Positions 12,440-25,514 of a stretch of 64,000 nt of DNA are shown here, in pieces. How positions within the stretch are numbered: position 1 is the first letter of the stretch; each line of letters starts with the position of its first letter. Location of the stretch: NCBI GenBank assembly GCA_964016885.1, contig OZ024764.1, positions 8,556,001 through 8,620,000 on the forward strand, read 5' to 3'. Position numbers and translations under genes: made by a program. Origin of the DNA: Eledone cirrhosa (lineage: Eukaryota). The notes under the pieces are model-generated. The model was not told the DNA's origin, did no database searches, and was given only the letters and a program-made list of their open reading frames with translations.

Positions 12440-14410
12440 TAGGTGGACAGACAGACTGACAGCTACATAGACAGACAGACAGACAGACTGAGAGGTACAT
12501 AGACAGACAGACTGACAGGTACATAGACAGACTGACTGACAGGTACATAGACAGACAGACTGACTGACTGACAGACAGACTGAGAAGTACATAGACAGAC
12601 AGACAGACTGAGAGGTACATAGACAGACAGACTGACAGGTACATAGACAGACTGACTGACAGGTACATAGACAGACAGACTGACTGACCGACAGACAGAC
12701 TGAGAGGTACATAGACAGACAGACTGACAGGTACATAGACAGACAGACTGACTGACTGACAGACAGACAGACTGACTGAGAGGTACATAGACAGACAGAC
12801 TGACTGACAGACAGACAGACAGACAGACAGACTGACAGGTACATAGACTGACAGACTGACAGGTACATAGACAGACAGACTGACAGGTACATAGACAGAC
12901 AGACAGACTGACTGAGAGGTACATAGACAGACAGACAGACTGAGAGGTACATAGACAGACAGACTGACAGGTACATAGACAGACAGACTGACAGGTACAT
13001 AGACAGACAGACTGACAGGTACATAGACAGACAGACTGACAGGTACATAGACTGACAGACTGACAGGTACATAGACAGACAGACTGACAGGTACATAGAC
13101 AGACTGACAGGTACATAGACAGACAGACTGACAGGTACATAGACAGACAGACTGACAGGTACATAGACAGACAGACTGACAGGTACATAGACAGACAGAC
13201 TGACAGGTACATAGACAGACAGACAGACTGACAGGTACATAGACAGACAGACAGACTGACAGGTACATAGACAGACAGACTGACAGGTACATAGACAGAC
13301 AGACAGACTGACAGGTACATAGACAGACTGACTGACAGGTACATAGACAGACAGACTGACAGGTACATAGACAGACAGACTGACAGGTACATAGACAGAC
13401 AGACTGACAGGTACATAGACAGACAGACAGACTGACAGGTACATAGACAGACAGACAGACTGACAGGTACATAGACAGACAGACTGACAGGTACATAGAC
13501 AGACAGACAGACTGACAGGTACATAGACAGACTGACTGACAGGTACATAGACAGACAGACTGACAGGTACATAGACAGACAGACTGACAGGTACATAGAC
13601 AGACAGACTGACAGGTACATAGACAGACAGACAGACTGACAGGTACATAGACAGACAGACAGACTGACAGGTACATAGACAGACAGACTGACAGGTACAT
13701 AGACAGACAGACAGACTGACAGGTACATAGACAGACTGACTGACAGGTACATAGACAGACAGACTGACAGGTACATAGACAGACAGACTGACTGACAGGT
13801 ACATAGACAGACAGACAGACTGACAGGTACATAGACAGACAGACTGACAGGTACATAGACAGACAGACAGACTGACAGGTACATAGACAGACTGACTGAC
13901 AGGTACATAGACAGACAGACTGACAGGTACATAGACAGACAGACTGACTGACAGGTACATAGACAGACAGACAGACTGACAGGTACATAGACAGACTGAC
14001 TGACAGGTACATAGACAGACAGACAGACTGACAGGTACATAGACAGACAGACTGACTGACAGGTACATAGACAGACAGACAGACTGACAGGTACATAGAC
14101 AGACAGACTGACTGACAGGTACATAGACAGACAGACAGACTGACAGGTACATAGACAGACTGACTGACAGGTACATAGACAGACAGACTGACAGGTACAT
14201 AGACAGGCAGACTGACAGGTACATAGACAGACAGACTGACAGGTACATAGACAGACAGACTGACAGGTACATAGACAGACAGACTGACAGGTACATAGAC
14301 AGACAGACTGACAGACTGACTGAGAGGTACATAGACAGACAGACAGACTGACTGAGAGGTAGACAGACAGACAGACAGACTGAGAGGTAGACAGACAGAC
14401 AGACAGACTG
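12440..14410. repeat. (GACA)n-based compound satellite
   Basis: AGGTACATAG(ACAG)nACTGAC units of ~20-28 bp. Confidence 0.95.
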
Positions 14411-14450
14411 TTGATTGACATGAGATAAGTCCTCAAAAGAAACAACTCAC

Positions 14451-14624
14451 CCATCTTCCTGTTCATTAGGTCATGGCTGGGTTCCCGCTTGTCAGTTTTC
14501 TCCTCACTGACCCCCTTCATCTCTACCTTCTTCACCTGGGGTTCTGTTGCCGCTTCAGAGGGGACAGGGCTGTTGTTGGTGGTGCTGCTGGTGGTGCTGG
14601 TAGGTTGAGGGGCCTTCAGCTCAT
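14451..14624 (-). CDS. SFSWAP: SFSWAP coding exon 10
   Basis: TTCCACAG| acceptor. Reads DELKAPQPTSTT...HDLMNRKM. Donor GTGAGT. 174 nt, phase 1 to 1, in frame with neighbours. Confidence 0.85.
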
Positions 14625-15059
14625 CTGTGGAAGAATATTTAAAGGGCAGCATTAGAATATGTTGTCATAGATGGAGGTGATCTTCAGTTGAGGTCCTTTA
14701 GCTTATCTGGGGAAGACTATTTGGGGGACAGTATTGTAATATAGGGTGCTAGGAGTTGATGGTAGGTTGAGGGGTCCTTTAGTTTATCCGAGGGAAATAT
14801 TTAGGGGACAATATTTTAATATAGGGTGCTAGGAGTTGATGGTAGGTTGAGGGGTCCTTTAGTTTATCTGGGGAAGACTATTTAGGGGACAGTATTGTAA
14901 TATAGGGTGCTAGGAGTTGATGGTAGGTTGAGGGATCCTTTAGTTTATCAAAGGGAAATATTTAGGGGACAGTATTGTAATATAGGGTGATAAAGAAAAC
15001 AAGAAAGAGAAGAAAAAAGAAAGAAAATGATAAAAGAAAAGAAAAATGTAAGCAGAAAG

Positions 15060-17150
15060 ATGGAGGAGGACAGAAGAAGAAGACAGGGGACGGAAGAAGA
15101 CAGGACGGAAGACAAGACAGAGCAAGTCTGAGGGCGGAAGACAGGGGACGGAAGACAAGATAGAGCAAGACAGAAGACAGGGGACGGAAGAAGACAGAGG
15201 ACGAAAGACAAGATAGAGCAAGACTGAGGGTGGAAGACAGGGGACGGAAGACAAGATAGAGCAAGACAGAAGACAGGGGACGGAAGAAGACAGAGGACGA
15301 AAGACAAGATAGAGCAAGACTGAGGGTGGAAGACAGGGGACGGAAGACAAGATAGAGCAAGACAGAAGACAGGGGACGGAAGAAGACAGAGGACGGAAGA
15401 CAAGATAGAGCAAGACTGAGGGTGGAAGACAGGGGACGGAAGACAAGATAGAGCAAGACAGAAGACAGGGGACGGAAGAAGACAGAGGACGAAAGACAAG
15501 ATAGAGCAAGACTGAGGGTGGAAGACAGGGGACGGAAGACAAGATAGAGCAAGACAGAAGACAGGGGACGGAAGAAGACAGAGGACGGAAGACAAGATAG
15601 AGCAAGACTGAGGGTGGAAGACAGGGGACGGAAGAAGACAGAGGACGAAAGACAAGATAGAGCAAGACTGAGGGTGGAAGACAGGGGACGGAAGACAAGA
15701 TAGAGCAAGACAGAAGACAGGGGACGGAAGAAGACAGAGGACGGAAGACAAGATAGAGCAAGACTGAGGGTGGAAGACAGGGGACGGAAGACAAGATAGA
15801 GCAAGACAGAAGACAGGGGACGGAAGAAGACAGAGGACGGAAGACAAGACAGAGCAAGTCTGAGGGCGGAAAACAAGATAGAGCAAGACAGAAGACAGGG
15901 GACGGAAGAAGACAGAGGACGGAAGACAAGATAGAGCAAGACTGAGGGTGGAAGACAGGGGACGGAAGACAAGATAGAGCAAGACAGAAGATAGGGGACG
16001 GAAGAAGACAGAGGACGGAAGACAAGATAGAGCAAGACTGAGGGTGGAAGACAGGGGACGGAAGACAAGATAGAGCAAGACAGAAGACAGGGGACGGAAG
16101 AAGACAGAGGACGAAAGACAAGATAGAGCAAGACTGAGGGTGGAAGACAGGGGACGGAAGACAAGATAGAGCAAGACAGAAGACAGGGGACGGAAGAAGA
16201 CAGAGGACGGAAGACAAGATAGAGCAAGTCTGAGGGTGGAAGACAGGGGACGGAAGACAAGATAGAGCAAGACAGAAGACAGGGGACGGAAGAAGACAGA
16301 GGACGGAAGACAAGATAGAGCAAGACTGAGGGTGGAAGACAGGGGACGGAAGACAAGATAGAGCAAGACAGAAGACAGGGGACGGAAGAAGACAGAGGAC
16401 GAAAGACAAGATAGAGCAAGACTGAGGGTGGAAGACAGGGGACGGAAGACAAGATAGAGCAAGACAGAAGACAGGGGACGGAAGAAGACAGAGGACGAAA
16501 GACAAGACAGAGCAAGTCTGAGGGTGGAAGACAGGGGACGGAAGACAAGATAGAGCAAGACAGAAGACAGGGGACGGAAGAAGACAGAGGACGGAAGACA
16601 AGATAGAGCAAGACTGAGGGTGGAAGACAGGGGACGGAAGACAAGATAGAGCAAGACAGAAGACAGGGGACGGAAGAAGACAGAGGACGAAAGACAAGAT
16701 AGAGCAAGACTGAGGGTGGAAGACAGGGGACGGAAGACAAGATAGAGCAAGACAGAAGACAGGGGACGGAAGAAGACAGAGGACGGAAGACAAGATAGAG
16801 CAAGACAGAAGACAAGACAGAAGAAGACAGAAGATGGAAGACAAGACAGAAGAAGACAGAGGATGGAAGACAAGACAGAAGAAGACAGAGGACGGAAGAC
16901 AAGACAGACGAAGACAGAAGATGGAAGACAAGATAGAAGAAGACAGAAGATGGAAGCAAGACAGAAGAAGTTAGAGGACAGAAGACAGAAGATGGAAGAC
17001 AAGACAGAAGAAGACACAGGACAGAAGAAGACAGAGGATAGAAGAAGACACAGGAGAGAAGAAGACAGAGGATAGAAGAAGACAGAGGACGGAAGACATG
17101 ACAGAAGATGACAGAGGGCGGAAGACAAGATAGAATAAGACAGAAAACGG
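15060..17150. repeat. Purine-rich satellite with 96-bp higher-order unit
   Basis: GAAGACA-based subunits with period 96. Confidence 0.95.
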
Positions 17151-17169
17151 AAGAAGAGAGTTTACTCAC

Positions 17170-17332
17170 CAACTTCACTTCCTTCTTCACTGCTCTCATA
17201 AGTAAACACCGGCCGTTTCTCAAACGATACACTCTCTTGTTCCTTGTTCTTGGTCTTTATAGAAAAACTGACTCCTTTGTTTTGGGCTGAGCTCTTCTGT
17301 TCTTCAATTTTGCTCTTCTCCTGCTCAAATTC
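17170..17332 (-). CDS. SFSWAP: SFSWAP coding exon 9
   Basis: Reads EFEQEKSKIEEQKSSAQNKGVSFSIKTKNKEQESVSFEKRPVFTYESSEEGSEV (conserved VSFSIK). TAG/GTGAGT. 163 nt, phase 0 to 1. Confidence 0.88.
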
Positions 17333-17389
17333 CTAGCGTTTCAAAGTGGAGAATGGGCACACAAGATGTATATATTATACACATATATG

Positions 17390-17946
17390 TAAAAAAAAGT
17401 GCAGGGCGATCAAAATAGGTGGAAGTAACGGAGTAAGCAGACCCAGAAAAACTTGGGACGACTTGATAAATTCCGACCTTAAACACTTGCACCTCTCCAA
17501 GACAATGTCACTGGACCGAGATCTTTGGCACTACGCAGTAATACAGAAGACCCACCTTGCCTAAGTACAAAGCGAAACCTACAGTCAGTAGGCACCTCTT
17601 AACCAAAATACACCCCCATCCCACTACCCCTACCCCCATCTCCACCACCCGTTTCGATGTAAAGTTATGTTGGTGCCACAACATCCAGTCCTAAATAAAT
17701 GAGGTCGTGTAGGTGTCACGACAAAAAAACACAGTCCACGCTGTAATGTAGCCGTGTAGGTAACACGGTAAAACCTCCCAGTCCACACTGTAAACGTGGT
17801 TGGTGTTAGGAAGGGCATCCATTCGTAGAAAACCCGCCAGACAGTCCTGTACGAGCAAGACAACCAATCTTGCCTCAAGTGGGACAATTCCCATCCAAAT
17901 CTATGCTAGCGTGGAAGATGGACGTTAAACAATGATGATGATGATG
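17390..17946 (+). mobile_element. RTE LINE 3' end + 3'UTR + (ATG)n tail (family whose UTR holds the 49-bp unit)
   Basis: KCRAIKIGGSNGVSRPRKTWDDLINSDL...stop, then UTR and (ATG)n. Homologs lie at 29463-30095 (-) and 55420-61015 (-). Confidence 0.8.
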
Positions 17947-17994
17947 TAAGTTTGTTTTGAAAACAGCAAACAAAGTTGAAATTTGAAATTTAGT

Positions 17995-18606
17995 AGAACT
18001 GATTCTGCTATAAGTACCAGATCGTCAACATAGAGAAGTTCCCGTGGGCAGCCAGTCTTAAACTCCTCTGTTATGGCTTGGAGAACTATAATGAATAAGA
18101 GTTGGCTGAGGACTGAACCCTGATGAACTCTTACTTGTATCTGGAATTCCTCACTAAACTCCATTCGTACCCTCACTTTACTGACAGCTCCTCTGTACAT
18201 AGCTTGCACTGTCCTCACAAGCCATTCGTCTACACCTAATTTCCTTAGGGACCACCAGATGACAGATCGAGATACTCTATGAAGAGCTTCTCGAAGTAAC
18301 ATATGTGTGTGTGTAAGAGGGATAAGTTGTGGTATTCAGGAGAGAAGGCTGAGATGGTATGGACATGTGATGCGCCTGAAGGATGACCACTGGGTGAAGA
18401 AGTGCCAGGAAGTCCCAGTGGAGGGAAGATGCAGTAGAGGTAGACCACTAAAAACATGGGTGGAGGTGGTGAGAGCAGACCTCAGATCACTGAAACTCAC
18501 CGAGGGGATGACGAAAGACCGTGATGGGTGGAGAGATGTTGTGCTGAATAGGACTCATCTCACCCTTGCAAGCAGGGTAAAAAGCGGACGTAAAATGATG
18601 ATGATG
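17995..18606. mobile_element. RTE LINE fragments: RT domain (- strand) abutting 3' end (+ strand)
   Basis: Minus strand: WWSLRKLGVDEWLVRTVQAMY...VHQGSVLS.LLF...LLYVDDLVLIAES. Plus strand: ERRLRWYGHVMR...GRPLKTW plus (ATG)n tail. Confidence 0.85.
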
Positions 18607-19552
18607 TGTGTTAAGTATTTCCGTGGAAAAGGTAAAGGAAAGAAGATTTCTATCTGATGAGCGATATCACACGTTTCTGTTAGAATCGTGTAACTTCGTG
18701 AAACCTTGGGTAATGAAATAATTATATTGTGTTGTTTATTATGTAATTTTAATGATATAGCCCAGTCCCAACCATATATCATAGGTTTCTTGGGTGTTTT
18801 AATGATAGGGACCCCAGTCCTGTCATGTTTATGTTACAGCTCACACCTATGTAGGTTTAGCTGGCTTCCTACAAGGTCGTATCTCATACAAGGTTTCTTG
18901 GATGTTTTAATGATAGGGACCACAGTCCTAACATGTATCTTATAGGAGGTTCCGGGATGTTTTAAGGATAGGAGCTCCAGTCCTAACACATATCACATAG
19001 AAGGTTTCCGGGGTGTTTTAATGATAGGGGCCCCAGTCCTAACACATATCTCATAGGTGGTTTCCAGGGTGTTTTAATGATAGGGGCTCCAGTCCTTGTC
19101 TTGCTTGTACAGAAGTGATTTTGGCTTGATTTCTACAGCTGGATGCCCTTCCTAACACCAACCTCATTTACAGTGAGTGCTGGGTTCCTTTTTTGCTGTG
19201 GCACCTCCACAACCACTTTGCAGTGGAATGATATGGACCCCAGTCCCTATCATCTCATTTCTACAGCTGAGTAAACTGGAGCAATGTGAAATAAAGTGTC
19301 TTGCTCAAGGAAACAACACATCACCCGGTCTGAGAATTGAACTCACAACCTTTCGATTGCAAGCCCAATGCTCTAACCACTAAGCCATGCGCCTTATGAA
19401 TTCAGTATCTTATTTAAAATTTAATTTGACAGGGGGCCGTTGACAAACAAGTTTGCGCCCAAAGGGGCCGCTGGCTGAAAAAAAGGTTGGGAAACCCCGA
19501 TGTAAAGCAACATGAAATGAAGACCCTAAACAAAAATATATAATCAACTAAC

Positions 19553-19757
19553 CTTCATGTGTAAGTTCTTCTTGAACTCATAGTAAGGGTAGTGGAGATG
19601 TTCCTCCATTAGGAACTCAAAGCGAGGGTCACATTTGTTTTTCACCACTATTTCAAACTCAATGCCGTTCTTTGCGACATACAGTGCCATCTTGTCAATG
19701 ACAGGCTGGACGTCAGGAGGTGGTGGTATGATGTGCCCTTTAGGGGAGTCAGCGCCA
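19553..19757 (-). CDS. SFSWAP: SFSWAP coding exon 8 (SURP/SWAP domain 2)
   Basis: Reads IIPPPPDVQPVIDKMALYVAKNGIEFEIVVKNKCDPRFEFLMEEHLHYPYYEFKK. TTTCAG acceptor, GTTAGT donor. 205 nt, phase 2 to 0. Confidence 0.95.
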
Positions 19758-20059
19758 CTGAAAGAGACCAAACAACAAAAAAAAAAACAATCAACAGAAC
19801 TGCTAGATGAGAGCCTGTGTGTGGTTGTGGTATGATGACCCTTTAGGGGAGTCAGTGCCACTGGAAGAGACCAAACAACAATCAACAGAACTGCTAGATG
19901 AGAGCCTGTGTGTGGATAAGGTGTTCCCGTCGCAACCACTGGGACCTGGGTTCAGACCCATTGTGTGATACCTTGAGAGGGGCAAACGATTATTTGAGAC
20001 CCGAGAGTACAAAGAAAAATATAGCAAGTCTTCTTGTCGTGTCCACAATTATCAGTTAC

Positions 20060-21110
20060 AAAGGTATTATATATTCCTGGAAGGAAGGTTGGTTGGTAAG
20101 AGAAGCAGAGGCTGGCAGCCAAAACAATGGCTTGATAATGTCAACTTATGGACTGGACTTGATCTTTGCTCTTTAAACTCTTGTGTTGGTGATGGAAAGG
20201 TATTATATATTCCTGGAAGGAAGGTTGGTTGGTAGGAGAAGCAGAGGCTGGTAGCCAAAACGATGGCTTAATAATTGTTTATACTTTTGACACAAGGCCA
20301 GCAATTACCCCAGTGTATTACTGGTACTTTGTTTTATCGACCCCATAAGGATGAAAAGCAAAGTTAACCTCGTTGTGATTTGAACTCAGACCGTAAAGGG
20401 GTGTAAATCTATGCTACAAAGCATGGCGTCCGACCCTCTACCGATACTGCCAACCCCTCATCCCAAAACAATGGCTTAATAAAGTCAACTTATGGACTGG
20501 ACTTGATCTTTGCTCTTTAAACTCTGCTGTTGGTGATCGAAAGGTATTATATATTCCTGGAAGGAAGGTTGGCTGGTAAGAGAAGCAGAGGCCGGCAGCC
20601 AAAACGATGGCTTGATAATGTCAACTTATGGACTGGACTTGATCTTTGCTCTCTAAACTCTGCTGTTGGTGATCGAAAGGTATTATATATTCCTGGAAGG
20701 AAGGTTGGCTGGTAAGAGAAGCAGAGGCCGGCAGCCAAAACAATGGCTTGATAATGTCAACTTATGGACTGGACTTGATCTTTGCTCTTTAAACTCTGCT
20801 GTTGGTGATCGAAAGGTATTATATATTCCTGGAAGGAAGGTTGGCTGGTAAGAGAAGCAGAGGCCGGCAGCCAAAACGATGACTTGACAATGTTAACTTA
20901 TGGATGGACTGGACTTGACCTTTGCTCTTTAAACTCTGCTGTTGGTGATCGAAAGGTATTATATATTCCTGGAAGCAAGGTTGGCTGGTAAGAGAAGCAG
21001 AGGCCGGCAGCCAAAACAATGGCTTGATAATGTCAACTTATGGACTGGACTTGTACTTTGCTCTTTAAACTCTGCTGTTGGTGATCGAACTTTGTGAAGA
21101 GAGATATCAT
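20060..21110 (+). repeat. 136-bp tandem repeat derived from an RTE LINE C-terminus, interrupted by a SINE
   Basis: The unit encodes IFLEGRLAGKRSRGRQPKRWLDNV. An unexpanded homolog is at 45960-46100 (-). Confidence 0.8.
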
Positions 21111-21192
21111 ATGTTGATGCGCCATCTACAACTGGCGGAGTTTAGCACCACAAGAAGATAGGAACAACATCAATGGCAATAAAAACACTTAC

Positions 21193-21405
21193 CCATACAC
21201 TGTACTTTCTGTTGGATCAGAGGATTCAGTGGCAGGGCAGGAGGTCTGACTGGCATCTGTCCCAGGGGGGTCAGGTTGATTGGCAGGTGGCAGTGTAACA
21301 GGTTCCACACCAGGTGGTGGTGGTACATTGTTGGGGTAACTTGGTTCAGCTAGGAATGGTGACACTGTTGGTTTCTGTTCCGAGGTTTCAGCTTCTTTAG
21401 ATTTA
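21193..21405 (-). CDS. SFSWAP: SFSWAP coding exon 7 (proline-rich)
   Basis: (CT)n tract + AAG acceptor. Reads KSKEAETSEQ...VPPPPGVEPVTLPP...STVY. Donor GTAAGT. 213 nt, phase 2 to 2. Confidence 0.85.
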
Positions 21406-21466
21406 CTTTGAGAGAGAGAGAGACGAGGTAGATGGTTATATGATATAACTATATGTCTATCTAGAC

Positions 21467-21520
<54 letters not shown>

Positions 21521-21690
21521 GGGGGGTTGATAAATAAAGCAAAACAAACACAGCGTTGCAAAAATACCAAGTCTTATCTGGTCACACACACACACACACA
21601 TACATACATATATATATATATATATATGTCCAAGGCTCTGATACCATCAACATTATAAACACAGAGCTGGCATATCTAAGAACTGACTAT

Positions 21691-21746
21691 CTGCCTGATG
21701 AGGTCATAGCCATTCAATGGCTATCATCGAAATATATATATAGCAG
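21691..21746 (+). ncRNA. Minimal type-I hammerhead ribozyme motif (second copy of family A)
   Basis: ctgc-CTGATGA-ggtcatagccattcaatggctatcatc-GAAA-tatatata-TA-gcag. The flanking ~170 bp is shared with 11395-11562. Confidence 0.7.
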
Positions 21747-21788
21747 TAAATAAAGGATTATGAGTTCATGCAATTGACTTATGTTTCG

Positions 21789-21823
<35 letters not shown>

Positions 21824-21856
21824 TTGTGACCTAATCTTCAGGTGCTTATTGTTTGA

Positions 21857-21892
<36 letters not shown>

Positions 21893-22882
21893 TCCTAAAC
21901 ACACAACACATATATACACATCTAAACACACACAGTTATATATATTGTTATACTTTGGGAGGGTCATGCTGCCAATAAAAACACACCCACCTGTTGGTTT
22001 TCACTTCAATTTATTATAAATTTCCAGAAATTTATAATAAATTGAAGTGAAAACTAACAGGTGGGTATGTTTTTATTGGCAACAAGACCCTCCCAAAGTA
22101 TAACAATATCTGTTTCAACACACGCTTTCAGATAAGAAATCTTACAAAACAAATTCAAAAACGAATTATATATATATACACACATATGTATATACATGGA
22201 GGCACATGGTTTAGTGGTTAGAGCACTGGGCTTGCAATCGAAAGGTTGTGAGTTCAATTCTCAGACCGGGTGATGTGTTGTTTCCTTGAGCAAGGCACTT
22301 TATTTCACATTGCTCCAGTTTACTCAGCTGTAGAAATGAGATGATAGGACTGGGGTCCCTATCATTCCACTGCAAAGTGGTCGTGGAGGTCATCATCATT
22401 TCATCATTTCATTTTACGTCCGCTTTTTCCCTGCTTGCAAGGGTGGGACAGGAACTGATTCTGGCTTGATTTCTACAGCTGGATGCCCTTCCTAACACCA
22501 ACCTCATTTACAGTGAGTGCTGGGTGCTTTTTTTCCGTGGCACCTCCACGACCACTTTGCAGTGGAATGATAGGGACCCCAGTCCCTATCATCTCACTTC
22601 TACAGCTGAGTAAACTGGAGCAATGTGAAATAAAGTGTCTTGCTCAAGGAAACAACACATCATCCGGTCTGAGAATTACAAGGCCAATGCTCTAACCACT
22701 AAGCCAAGTGCCACGGCAAAAAAGCACCCAGCACTCACTGTAAATGAGGTTAGTGTTAGGAAGGGCATCCAGCTGTAGAAATCAAGCCAGAATCAGTTCC
22801 CGTCCCACCCTTGCAAGCAGGGAAAAGCGGACATAAAATAATGATGATAATGATGATACACACCTAAACACAAAACGCTTAC

Positions 22883-23057
22883 CTCTTCTTGGCATTCTGG
22901 TGCCGTGCTGTGGCAGCTTTGACTGAGCGAACAAGGTCTCCATATGCTGTGTTGTGCATGTCAACAGCAGGTAGTTTGATGGGTTTACGAGGTTCTGATT
23001 TAATAGATTTCAGGGTCAACAGAGGGTGGAGGTAGCTGTTCTGGTCGTCCCCTCCAT
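22883..23057 (-). CDS. SFSWAP: SFSWAP coding exon 6
   Basis: Reads DGGDDQNSYLHPLLTLKSIKSEPRKPIKLPAVDMHNTAYGDLVRSVK (SWAP YLHP and AY..LV motifs). TAG/GTAAGC. 175 nt, phase 1 to 2. Confidence 0.9.
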
Positions 23058-24239
23058 CTATATGATTAAACACAGATACAGAGATGATATATTAGAATTT
23101 ACATTACTCTATATATACTATTGTATTTTCATGGTAAATGCTTTATCTCACATAATATCTTATCTATGAGATTTTGAAAGTATTTATTTTGAGAACAATA
23201 CCTTAACATCAGTTTGAGCAGCCAGTTACAGCCAGTTTCAACAAAAAAGGGTAGAGAATTCTGGCCGGTTTGAACATTAAAGGGTTTAATAACACTTTGG
23301 CCCTAGCTGGACATGACAGAGATAAAGAGATGTCTGTATATATATATATACATGTAAAATAATAGTAATATACATGACACATATATACATATATATATAT
23401 AGTTTACCCCTAACATTCGCGGAATTTTTCTTAGAACCTAACTAATAATAGTTCATTGAAATCACTGCATATTCGCGGAACCATAAATATCTTCCGTCAT
23501 TTTTTAATGGCTTTTTTCATGACAATATTTAGACATGATATATATTCATATTATATATTATAGGGCGGTGGATTGGCAGTATCGGTAGAGAGTCGGACGC
23601 CATGCTTTCCAGCATAGTTACGTCTCTTTACGGTCTGAGTTCAAATCTCGCCGAGGTTAACTTTGACTTTCTTCCTTACGGGGTCGATAAAATAAAGTAC
23701 CAGTAATACACTGGGTAATTTGCAGGCCTTGTGCCAAAAGTAGAAACAAATATTTATTTTTTCGTGCTTTTTATCACTAAATTATTAATAACAATATACT
23801 GTATTTACTGGCCTATATTTTATGTTTTATCTTCGTAATATAAAATTAAAAAAATTAGTTGCAATGTGTGCAATTAGTTATGTGTGGCCCTCAGGGGACC
23901 CTCAGTTTGACATGCATGATATACAGTGTACCCCTGACAATCAGGGTTCCGGTTATCCACGGAATTTTCCTTAGAACCTAACTAATAATTGTTCGTGCAA
24001 GCCGCTGCATATTGGCTTTTTTTGTGGCAATATATATTTTTCCACGCTTTTTAACGCTAAATTATTGATAACAATATACAGTATTTGCTGGCTTATATTT
24101 TATGTTATGTTATGTTTTGACGTTTATAGGCATTTTTATGAACCCTGTCCAATCATCATCGTTTAACGTCTGTCCGTGTCTCGCTCGCATAGGACTGTAT
24201 CTGGCAGGTTTTCTACGGCTGGTTGTCCTTCCTAACACC

Positions 24240-25090
24240 AACCACATTACAGTGTGGACTGGGAGCCTTTTTACCGTGTCTCCTAAACGACAACGTTACA
24301 GCGTGGACTGGGAGCCTTTTTACCATGTCTCCTAAACGACAACTTTACAGCGTGGACTGGGAGCCTTTTTACCGTGTCTCCTAAAGAACAACTTTACCGC
24401 ATGGACTGCGAGCCCTTTTACCGTGTCTCCTAAACCACAGACAACTTTACAGTGTGGACTGGGAGCCTTTTTACCATGTCTCCTAAACGACAATTTTACA
24501 GTGTGGACTGGGAGCCCTTTTACAGTGTCTCCTAAACGACAGACAACTTTATAGTGTGGACTGGGAGCCTTTTTACAGTGTCTCCTAAACAACAGACAAC
24601 TTTACAGTGTGGACTGGGAGCCTTTTTACAGTGTCTCCTAAACGACAGACAACTTTACAGTGTGGACTGGGAGCCCTTTTACAGTGTCTCCTAAACGACA
24701 GACAACTTTACAGTGTGGACTGGGAGCCTTTTTACAGTGTCTCCTAAACGACAGACAACTTTACAGCGTGGACTGGGAGCCTTTTTACCGTGTCTCCTAA
24801 AGAACAACTTTACCGCATGGACTGCGAGCCCTTTTACCGTGTCTCCTAAACCACAGACAACTTTACAGTGTGGACTGGGAGCCTTTTTACCATGTCTCCT
24901 AAACGACAATTTTACAGTGTGGACTGGGAGCCTTTTTACAGTGTCTCCTAAACAACAGACAACTTTACAGTGTGGACTGGGAGCCTTTTTACAGTGTCTC
25001 CTAAACAACAGGCAACTTTACAGTGTGGACTGGGAGCCTTTTTACAGTGTCTCCTAAATGACAGACAACTTTACAGTGTGGACTGGGTGC
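24240..25090. repeat. 49-53-bp minisatellite from RTE 3'UTR
   Basis: TTTACAGTGTGGACTGGGAGCCTTTTTAC unit embedded in the element. Confidence 0.9.
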
Positions 25091-25291
25091 TTTTTTTGTC
25101 ATGACACCTACACAACTTCTTTAGTTTGGACGATTTTTCACTATTCTCAGGTGCTCTAGGAATGTAACCCCCCCCCCCCCAATACCGGGGGACAACTGTA
25201 TATACCTATTGTCCAACCTTACATATCTGACTGTGTAGTTTTTGAATGCTCAACAACACCTGTTTAATAATAAAAAAAAAGCAAGTCTTAC

Positions 25292-25514
25292 CTTCCTCGT
25301 CAGGCGAGGTTTCTATATTTGGTTTATATTTGCCTGACTTGATCATCTTGAGGACATGTTTATAGTAGGGGCAGAGAACGTTGTCGATGTTCAAGAACTC
25401 AAAAAGAGGGTTAGATGACTGCTTGGTTTTCAGCATGATTTCCATCTGACCTCCTTGCATTACTACAAAGTTGGCAGTTCTTACAATTATGGCATTGATC
25501 TTGTTACTGTCAGG
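25292..25514 (-). CDS. SFSWAP: SFSWAP coding exon 5 (SURP/SWAP domain 1)
   Basis: Reads PDSNKINAIIVRTANFVVMQGGQMEIMLKTKQSSNPLFEFLNIDNVLCPYYKHVLKMIKSGKY. TAG acceptor, GTAAGA donor. 223 nt, phase 0 to 1. Confidence 0.95.

Noticed and set aside
12314-17232. 550-750-aa ORFs in the ORF track
   Set aside because: Translations of GACA- and GAAGACA-based satellites open in all three frames. Only the embedded exons 9 and 10 are real.
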